Assembly: GCA_023260495.1 (NCBI GenBank)
Contig: JALQVB010000001.1
Location: 1-50,985, forward strand
Source: Aquiluna sp.
GTDB lineage: Bacteria > Actinomycetota > Actinomycetes > Actinomycetales > Microbacteriaceae
Direction: 5' to 3'
DNA length: 50,985 nt
The position numbers were made by a program, and so were the translations under genes. Positions 40,748-47,973 of the stretch are shown here, piece by piece (the first letter of the stretch is position 1; every line of letters starts with the position of its first letter). The notes under the pieces are model-generated. The model saw nothing but the letters and a program-made list of their open reading frames with translations, ran no database searches and was not told the origin of the DNA.

Positions 40748-43383
40748 GACAGCGAATCCTTTGCAGCTTTGACGGCCTCAGCAAGCTTTGCGGCATCTGC
40801 TCCGCCACCCTGCGCTAGGTCTGGCTTTCCGCCACCACCGCCACCCATCACGGATGCGGCAAGCTTCACGAGTGCACCTGCGTTCGCGCCAGCAGCTTGG
40901 GCATCCGATCCGACGGCGGCTATAACTGCAGGCTTCCCGTCGTTGGTAGCGCCGAGGATAACCACCGCCTTGCTACCAAGCTGATCTCTAAGGGCCATTG
41001 CCAGCTGGCGCACAACATCTGGAGCCAGAGCGTCTTCTAGGGCAACCGCGACAACCTCGTTGCCACCGACAACGCTCTTGGCAGCCGCCAACTGTGGCAA
41101 CTTCGACATCGCAGCCTTCGCGTTTAGCTCGGCTAGTTGGCGCTGTAGCCTGCGCTGCTCTTCAAAGGCGTCTTGAATTCTTTGCTCAAGCTCACTCGCT
41201 GGAGCTTTGAGTTCACCGGCAAGCCTTCGAACTAGCGCGCGGTCGGCCACCAGTGAGCGAAGTGCATCAATCCCGACCTCGGCCTCGATTCTTCTAGCCC
41301 CGCTTCCAACCGAGGACTCACCGGTGATTGAAACCAACCCGATCTGTGAGGATCGCGCGACGTGGGTTCCACCACATAGTTCCCTGGACCAGGGCCCACC
41401 CACCTCGACCACGCGAACGGTCTCATCATAGGTCTCGCCAAACAGGGCTATTGCGCCCCATTCCCGGGCCTCCGGAAGAGTCATGAATTGAGCGCTTACG
41501 GCCAGGTCGGAGCGAATTGCCAGGTTGGATACCTCTTCGATCTCGCTCTTGGTGGCATCGCTCAGGGCCTCTCCCCAGGCAAAGTCGAGCCGCATGTAGC
41601 CGGGCTTGTTGAAAGATCCCGACTGCAAAGCCTCTGGCCCCAAAACCTGACGCAAGGCTGCGTGCACCACGTGGGTAGCGCTGTGTGCCTGGCAGGCACC
41701 AAGACGCCAGTCAGGATTCACCTCAGTTGTTACGGTGTCCCCAACGGAAAGGGAACCAGACCTGACCAAAACCTTGTGTGAGAACAAGCCGCGCACCGGC
41801 TTCTGCACATCCATTACCTCGGCTGCAGCATTGCCGCTTCTGATGTATCCGGCGTCCGCTGCCTGGCCTCCAGATTCGGCATACAAGCTGGTGCGGTCCA
41901 AGATGACCTCAGCCAGCTGGCCCTCCGAAATCTCGGCAACACTCTGGCCGTCGTGGATCAACCCAACAATCTTGGCCTCGCTGTTTAGCGTCTCGTAACC
42001 GGTAAATACCGTCTCCCCAAGAGAGCGGAAGTCGCTGTAGACCTGCAACCCTGCGCCACCGGTCTTTTTTGCCTTGGCGTCCTGTTTGGCGCGGTTACGC
42101 TGCTCATTCATCAGCTCAACAAAGCGGTCGCGGTCGACTTTGAGCCCGTTCTCCTCGGCAATCTCAACCGTCAAATCGATCGGGAAGCCGTAAGTGTCGT
42201 GCAGCAGAAACGCAGTCTCGCCAGAGAGCGAACCCTTCGCCTTTGAAATCTCCTCATCCAAGACTGCGCTGCCGGATTCCAGGGTGCGGCGGAAGCCCGC
42301 CTCCTCGGCAAGGGCAGAGCGCAACACTCGAGAGAAGTTTTCTTCCAGCTCCGGGTAGGCCTCGACCATTGCGTTCTTGCTCGTGGTGAATAGCTGCTCA
42401 AAGCTTGGCTCGGTGACTCCCAGCAATCTAAGTGCTCGAATTGACCGCCTGAGTAGGCGGCGCAAGATGTAGCCGCGCCCCTCGTTTGACGGGGTAACGC
42501 CATCGCTCATCAGCATCAGTGCTGAGCGAATGTGGTCGGCAATCACACGCATGCGCACGTCGTCGGACTCGACTGCGCCGTACTCCTTGCCACTCAGTGA
42601 GCTGGCTAGGTCGATGAGCGGACGAACCTGGTCAATCTCGAAGATGTTCTCTACACCTTGCAGCAGGAAGGCAACTCGCTCGAGGCCCATGCCGGTGTCA
42701 ATGTTCTTCTTTGGAAGCTCCCCCAGGATTTCGAAGTGGTCCTTAGATCCGCCATCGGCGCGTTCGTACTGCATGAACACGAGATTCCAGATTTCGATGT
42801 AGCGGTCCTCGTCGGCAACCGGGCCGCCCTCAACACCGTAGGCAGGGCCGCGGTCAAAATAGATCTCGGAGCAGGGGCCAGCAGGTCCTCGCTGGCCTGT
42901 CGACCAGTAGTTGTCTGCCATGCCTCGCTTTTGGATGCGCTCTCGGGGAATACTGGTCTGCTCCAGCCAGTAACCGATTGACTCTTCGTCATCCTCGTAG
43001 ACGGTTACCCATAGCAATTCCGGGTCGAACCCATAGCCGCCATCGGCTACCGAGGATGTCAACAGCTCCCAGGCAAAAGCAATGGCTTCCTTCTTGAAGT
43101 AGTCACCGAACGAGAAATTTCCGTTCATCTGGAAGAAGGTGCCGTGGCGGGTAGTCTTACCGACCTCATCAATGTCCAAGGTGCGAACACACTTCTGCAC
43201 CGAAGTGGCCCTGGCATACGGAGCCGGCTCAACACCGGTCATGTAAGGAATAAAAGGTACCATTCCAGCGACCACAAACATCAGTGTTGGGTCTTGGGAG
43301 ATTAGCGGAGCGCTAGGTACGACTGTGTGATTCTTCTTTTCGAAAAAATCGAGCCAGCGCCGTTTTATTTCGGCAGTTTTCAT
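40744..43383 (-). CDS. alaS: Alanine--tRNA ligase
   Basis: AGMVPF, QKCVR, RHGTFFQM, EIWNLVF, DTGMGLER, HSATH and ELCGGTH editing motifs, GGGGGK. Confidence 0.99.
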   Translation of the reverse strand: MKTAEIKRRWLDFFEKKNHTVVPSAPLISQDPTLMFVVAGMVPFIPYMTGVEPAPYARATSVQKCVRTLDIDEVGKTTRHGTFFQMNGNFSFGDYFKKEAIAFAWELLTSSVADGGYGFDPELLWVTVYEDDEESIGYWLEQTSIPRERIQKRGMADNYWSTGQRGPAGPCSEIYFDRGPAYGVEGGPVADEDRYIEIWNLVFMQYERADGGSKDHFEILGELPKKNIDTGMGLERVAFLLQGVENIFEIDQVRPLIDLASSLSGKEYGAVESDDVRMRVIADHIRSALMLMSDGVTPSNEGRGYILRRLLRRSIRALRLLGVTEPSFEQLFTTSKNAMVEAYPELEENFSRVLRSALAEEAGFRRTLESGSAVLDEEISKAKGSLSGETAFLLHDTYGFPIDLTVEIAEENGLKVDRDRFVELMNEQRNRAKQDAKAKKTGGAGLQVYSDFRSLGETVFTGYETLNSEAKIVGLIHDGQSVAEISEGQLAEVILDRTSLYAESGGQAADAGYIRSGNAAAEVMDVQKPVRGLFSHKVLVRSGSLSVGDTVTTEVNPDWRLGACQAHSATHVVHAALRQVLGPEALQSGSFNKPGYMRLDFAWGEALSDATKSEIEEVSNLAIRSDLAVSAQFMTLPEAREWGAIALFGETYDETVRVVEVGGPWSRELCGGTHVARSSQIGLVSITGESSVGSGARRIEAEVGIDALRSLVADRALVRRLAGELKAPASELEQRIQDAFEEQRRLQRQLAELNAKAAMSKLPQLAAAKSVVGGNEVVAVALEDALAPDVVRQLAMALRDQLGSKAVVILGATNDGKPAVIAAVGSDAQAAGANAGALVKLAASVMGGGGGGKPDLAQGGGADAAKLAEAVKAAKDSLS

Positions 43384-43605
43384 TTAGCTCTTCTTGGAAC
43401 TTGGCTTGGCAGGGGCACGCTTGGCGGCAGGCTTGGTTAGCTCATCCTCACGCTCGCGGTAGCCATCTAGAACCGAGGAACCGAAGTCTTTAGCAGCAAC
43501 ATAGATGTCATCGACGGCCTGCTGGGCCTTCGGGTTGTCGCGAAGCTCTTTCAGGGCGTATGCGCCAACGCCGATACCTACTAGAAACCAACCGAGCTTA
43601 GACAT
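43384..43605 (-). CDS. Small single-TM hypothetical protein
   Basis: 73 aa, N-terminal hydrophobic helix, basic tail; GGAGG SD; stop abuts the alaS ATG. Confidence 0.8.
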   Translation of the reverse strand: MSKLGWFLVGIGVGAYALKELRDNPKAQQAVDDIYVAAKDFGSSVLDGYREREDELTKPAAKRAPAKPSSKKS

Positions 43606-43607
43606 CG

Positions 43608-43955
43608 TTACCTCCGTGAACCAAAGACCTTCATGAGACCTTGCACAACACCTGCAAGTTTAGTAACCGGTCCACCTACAGCAGAGGTCACGACGGCAAC
43701 CAGAGAATTGATGTTGGTGGTTACCTGCTCAACATCTGAGGTGATCTTGTCAACGCGCTGCAACTGCTTGTTGGCTTCAACCAAGGTGACCTTGGCTTCG
43801 CTCAAAATCGGCTCAAGTTCGTTGTTGAAAATTTGCACGCTGCGAGCTGACTCGTCAATCAGGCGAGCCAGCTTCACCAGCGGCAGGCCGAGCAGCAGAA
43901 CCAAGAGCGCAACAGCCGCGCTGATGATGATTCCCGCTATCTCGGCACCAGACAT
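43608..43955 (-). CDS. DUF948-family membrane/coiled-coil protein
   Basis: MSGAEIAGII TM helix then coiled coil; usual location between rpsD and alaS. Confidence 0.82.
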   Translation of the reverse strand: MSGAEIAGIIISAAVALLVLLLGLPLVKLARLIDESARSVQIFNNELEPILSEAKVTLVEANKQLQRVDKITSDVEQVTTNINSLVAVVTSAVGGPVTKLAGVVQGLMKVFGSRR

Positions 43956-43958
43956 TTG

Positions 43959-44588
43959 TTACCTTGCGGCGTAGTACTCAACCACGAGCTGAACGTCACA
44001 GGTCACTGGGACCTCGGCGCGCTTTGGACGACGCACCAGGGTTGCATGCAGCTTGTCTAGCTCAACGGATAGGTACTCAGGGGTTGCTGGAAGCACATCG
44101 GCGTGTCCGCCGGCTGCTGCAACCTGGAAAGGCTCGGTCTTCTCGCTCTTGTCGTGAACGTGAATCATCTGGCCAGGCTTTACGCGGAACGAAGGGCGGT
44201 CAACTCGCTGACCGTCCACCATGATGTGACGGTGCACCACCATCTGGCGAGCCTGTGCCATGGTGCGGGCGAAGCCTGAGCGCAACACGAGTGCGTCAAG
44301 ACGCATCTCTAGTAGCTCAACCAGGTTCTCACCGGTTAGGCCAGCGGTGCGCTTTGCCTCCTGGAAAGTCTTGCGCAGCTGGGCTTCACGAATTCCGTAC
44401 TGAGCCCTTAGACGCTGCTTCTCGCGCAGACGAACTGCGTAGTCGCTGTCTGACTTGCGCTTGGTGCGGCCGTGCTGACCTGGAGCGTATGGACGCTTCT
44501 CCATGTACTTCGCAGCCTTTGGAGTCAACGCGATTCCCAATGAACGGGAAAGGCGAGTCTTGCTGCGTGTTCTTGTTGTCTTAGACAA
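43959..44588 (-). CDS. rpsD: 30S ribosomal protein S4
   Basis: PGQHG, SDYAVRLREKQRLR, LEMRLD, ARQMVVHRHI, LVVEYY. Start TTG 44588 behind GAGG. Confidence 0.97.
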   Translation of the reverse strand: MSKTTRTRSKTRLSRSLGIALTPKAAKYMEKRPYAPGQHGRTKRKSDSDYAVRLREKQRLRAQYGIREAQLRKTFQEAKRTAGLTGENLVELLEMRLDALVLRSGFARTMAQARQMVVHRHIMVDGQRVDRPSFRVKPGQMIHVHDKSEKTEPFQVAAAGGHADVLPATPEYLSVELDKLHATLVRRPKRAEVPVTCDVQLVVEYYAAR

Positions 44589-44676
44589 AAAGGTACCTCT
44601 CAAATAGTTTCAGTTTGATTTGGTCCTAAACCCCAGCCGCTGGGTCCAGGCAACCACGAAAGTCTAGCAGGCAGAG

Positions 44677-45912
44677 CTATTTTTTGTCACTAGGCAGGAT
44701 CGTCCGAATTATTTCGATTCGCTCTGCCAGAGTGCGCTCGAACCCACGCCCTGAGGGTTCGTAATACCTAGGCACATCGGCGTAGTGTTGGGCAAGAATG
44801 CCGGCCTCGTTGTCGTGTGGATATTGGTAACCAACCGCGCCGGTTGACCTCAGGTGTGCTGGTATTGCTTCCACTTTGCCACCCTGCACGTCGGCTATGG
44901 CGCTGTTGATGGCGTTGTAGGCCCGGTTGGACTTCGGCGCGAGCGCTAAGTAAATAGTGGCCTGCGCCAGCGGAATCCTACCCTCGGGCATCCCGATCTT
45001 CTCCACTGTCGCCGCACAGGCCTCAGCGACCACAATCGCCTGCGGATCTGCTAGACCAATGTCCTCGCTGGCCAAGATCATCAACCTACGGGCAATGAAC
45101 CTGGGGTCCTCTCCCCCAACAATCATGCGAGCAAGGTAGTGAATTGCCGCATCGGCATCGGATCCGCGAACGCTTTTGATGAACGCCGAAATTGTGTCGT
45201 AGTGCACATCGCCATCGGCGTCGTAAGCAATTACCTCGGCTGCCGCTGCCTTTGCCTGTTCGAGTGATACGTCTGCGCCGATCGAAGAGGCTGACTCCAA
45301 AAGTGTCAAGGCCCTACGCGCATCACCGCCAGCAATTCGCGCAATGTACTCAATCGCCTCGGTATCTATCTTTTTCGACGACAGAGCCGCGTCAGAATCG
45401 ATAGCCCGGCGCAAGATCTCAACGAGGTCGTCCGTGCCCAGCGGCTCTAGTGCAATAACCAGGGACCTCGAGATCAGCGGCTTGATGATCGAAAAGGAAG
45501 GATTTTCGGTGGTCGCGGCGACGAGTGTCAGCAGCCCGGATTCCACAGCTCCCAGCAGCGAGTCCTGCTGAGACTTTGAAAAGCGATGTATCTCATCAAG
45601 GAACAGCACTGTGGTGCGGTCAAAGACCTCACGCTCTTTCTTGGCCGCTGCAATTTCGTCTCGGACTTGGGAAACAGAGGCGCTGATTGCGCTGAGCTCT
45701 ACGAACCGAGCCTTTGAATTGAAGCTGATCAAGCGCGCAATCGTGGTTTTCCCGGAACCTGGAGGACCCCAGAGGATGACTGAGTTGACAGCTGAGCTGC
45801 CATCGGAATTCAGCAATCGATCCAGCGCCGAGCCCTGCTTTAGTGCGTGCTTCTGGCCGACCAAATCCGATAATGATTTTGGTCGTTGACGCTCGGCGAG
45901 GGGTGGCAGCAC
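44677..45912 (-). CDS. rarA: Replication-associated recombination protein A (MgsA/RarA)
   Basis: PLAERQRP, GPPGSGKTT, FLDEIHRF, ATTENPSF, GDARRAL, SAFIKSVRGSD, SEDIGLADP. Confidence 0.96.
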   Translation of the reverse strand: MLPPLAERQRPKSLSDLVGQKHALKQGSALDRLLNSDGSSAVNSVILWGPPGSGKTTIARLISFNSKARFVELSAISASVSQVRDEIAAAKKEREVFDRTTVLFLDEIHRFSKSQQDSLLGAVESGLLTLVAATTENPSFSIIKPLISRSLVIALEPLGTDDLVEILRRAIDSDAALSSKKIDTEAIEYIARIAGGDARRALTLLESASSIGADVSLEQAKAAAAEVIAYDADGDVHYDTISAFIKSVRGSDADAAIHYLARMIVGGEDPRFIARRLMILASEDIGLADPQAIVVAEACAATVEKIGMPEGRIPLAQATIYLALAPKSNRAYNAINSAIADVQGGKVEAIPAHLRSTGAVGYQYPHDNEAGILAQHYADVPRYYEPSGRGFERTLAERIEIIRTILPSDKK

Positions 45913-45918
45913 AACTAG

Positions 45919-45939
45919 ATTCTAGGAGGCGCCTAGAAT
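45919..45939. promoter_or_regulatory. Inverted repeat giving divergent TAGAAT -10 boxes
   Basis: ATTCTAGG-AGGCG-CCTAGAAT between divergent rarA and cyclophilin genes. Confidence 0.7.
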
Positions 45940-45961
45940 TACTCGACGGAGGGCAAGCTCA

Positions 45962-46732
45962 ATGAGTAAAAACGACAGACTGCACAATTACCAGGCCAAG
46001 CAGGAGCTGATTGCGAAGCGTGCAAAGATTCGCACAGGCGACAACCGAAAGGGCCTGCTAATAGCTGCCGCAGCGCTGGTTATTGCGTTTGCTGGTCAGC
46101 AGGTCTATTTCAATTTCGGCCCGGGCTATGTTGAAGAGGTTGCCACGGCCGAACCAACCGCGTCGGAAACCTCTAACGCCGAGGAAACAACACCTACGAA
46201 TTCTGCTGAGGTTCCAAGCCCAGAATTGGCCGAGAACAGAATCTGGTCAGGCTCGATGGATCTTTCCGGTGACGCGATCAGTTTTGATTTGGACGGCGTT
46301 GCAGCACCACAGGCTGTGGCTAACTTCGTTTCGCTAGCTTCCGAGGGCTACTTTGAGGGTCTCAGCTGTCACCGACTCACCACAGCTGGCATCTACGTGC
46401 TGCAGTGTGGTGACCCAAATGGGGATGGAACCGGCGGCCCTGGTTACAACTTCGGCCCGATTGAGAACGCTCCGGCCGATGACCTGTACCCAGCCGGCAC
46501 CATAGCGATGGCCCGCCGCGGTGGCGATGACTTCTCAATGGGATCACAATTCTTTATCGTCTATCAAGACTCCACCATCCCTTCCGATAGCGTTGGTGGG
46601 TACACAATCTTCGGAACGCTCACCTCAGGTCTTGAGGCGGTTCAGGCAATTGCAGCAGCCGGCACCGCCGATGGCGGCACAGACGGGTCTCCCGCTGAGC
46701 CCGTCACGCTGGAGAATGTTTCGGTAGAGTAA
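45962..46732 (+). CDS. Membrane-anchored cyclophilin-type peptidyl-prolyl isomerase
   Basis: TM segment, Thr/Glu-rich linker, APQAVANF, CHRL, LQCGDP, GTIAMA, GSQFFIVY, YTIFG; GGAGG SD. Confidence 0.93.
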   Translation: MSKNDRLHNYQAKQELIAKRAKIRTGDNRKGLLIAAAALVIAFAGQQVYFNFGPGYVEEVATAEPTASETSNAEETTPTNSAEVPSPELAENRIWSGSMDLSGDAISFDLDGVAAPQAVANFVSLASEGYFEGLSCHRLTTAGIYVLQCGDPNGDGTGGPGYNFGPIENAPADDLYPAGTIAMARRGGDDFSMGSQFFIVYQDSTIPSDSVGGYTIFGTLTSGLEAVQAIAAAGTADGGTDGSPAEPVTLENVSVE

Positions 46733-46755
46733 AGCGTCCCAACACAGGAGAAGAA

Positions 46756-47973
46756 GTGGCTGGCATGAATTTCGGACGAGTCGACGAGAGCAATAACGTC
46801 TATGTGACGGACGGCGGTGTCGAGCGCCTAGTGGGCCAGTACCCCAATGTCCCAGCCGAAGAAGCCTTGGCGTTCTTTACCAGGAAGTTTGACGACCTTG
46901 AGGCTCAGGTACGCATCCTGGAGCAGCGTGTGGCCGCCGGCATTACCGATGCTAAGAATTTGAAGACCACGCACGAGCACCTGGTTGCTGAATGCGCAGA
47001 ACCCAAGGCAGTTGGCGATCTCGCCAGCCTAAGGAATCGACTCGAGGCGCTCAGCGGGCCAATCGCTGAGACCTCGGAGAAGGCAAAGGCTGAGCGCGAA
47101 GAGGCAATCGCCAAGGCATTGGTCGAGAAAGAGGCCATCGCCGCTAAAGCTGAGCAGATTGTTTCTAACCTCGGCGGTATCAATTGGAAGAAGAGCGCTG
47201 CCGAAATGACCACTCTCTTTGAGAATTGGCAGCGCATTCAGAAGGAAGGCCCGAAGGTTCCAAAGGCTCAGACTGACCCGATCTGGAAGCGCTTCTCCCA
47301 GGCCAGAGCTAAGTTCGAGGCCGGTCGCAGGCAGTATTTCTCATCGGTTGATTCCAAGTTCAAGGAAGCCAAGCAGGCCAAGACCGAACTGGTAAAGCGA
47401 GCTGAGGCACTGGTCGGTCGCGGCGCCGAGGCAGCGGCGGATTACCGCAAACTGCAGGACGAATGGAAGAGCGCAGGTCGCGCTGGCAAGTTTGAAGACG
47501 GGCTATGGGCAGCGTTCCGTGCTGCCGGGGATGCAATCTTCGCAGCCAAGAAGGAGCAGGACGCCGAACTCGCGGCCTCGCACGCTGAGAACCTAACCGC
47601 CAAGCTTGAACTTCTGAATCAGGCTGAGGCAATCAAGCTGGATGACTTGAAGGAAGCCAAGCGCCAGATGAGCGACATTCAGGCCAAGTGGGTCGGCATA
47701 GGTCACGTGCCAAAGAATGAGGTTCGCAATGTCGAAGGTCGCCTACGTGCCGTTGAAGCCAAGATTGCAGACGCCGAGAAGCAAGAGTGGATGCGCTCAG
47801 ACCCCGCCGCTAAGGCTCGCAGCAACTCTTTGGTTACCCAGCTAGAAGCCGTGATTGCTGATCTCGAGGCGGATCTGAAGAAGACAACCGACGCCAAGAA
47901 GAAGGCTTCCATTCAGGAACAAATCAAGGCCCGCACTGCGCTCCTTGAGGCCGCCAAGAACGCTGTCGACTAA
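46756..47973 (+). CDS. DUF349 repeat helical protein
   Basis: FGRVDE start, repeated W..F helical units (LFENWQ, IWKRF, LQDEWK, LWAAF); AGGAG SD; usual rel neighbour. Confidence 0.88.
   Translation: MAGMNFGRVDESNNVYVTDGGVERLVGQYPNVPAEEALAFFTRKFDDLEAQVRILEQRVAAGITDAKNLKTTHEHLVAECAEPKAVGDLASLRNRLEALSGPIAETSEKAKAEREEAIAKALVEKEAIAAKAEQIVSNLGGINWKKSAAEMTTLFENWQRIQKEGPKVPKAQTDPIWKRFSQARAKFEAGRRQYFSSVDSKFKEAKQAKTELVKRAEALVGRGAEAAADYRKLQDEWKSAGRAGKFEDGLWAAFRAAGDAIFAAKKEQDAELAASHAENLTAKLELLNQAEAIKLDDLKEAKRQMSDIQAKWVGIGHVPKNEVRNVEGRLRAVEAKIADAEKQEWMRSDPAAKARSNSLVTQLEAVIADLEADLKKTTDAKKKASIQEQIKARTALLEAAKNAVD

Noticed and set aside
40819-40845. Short GCC/ACC triplet repeats in alaS
   Set aside because: They encode the conserved GGGGG motif of the C-Ala domain.
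43384-43605. T-box leader before alaS
   Set aside because: The region is an ORF with a good SD that abuts alaS; no T-box motif or terminator seen.
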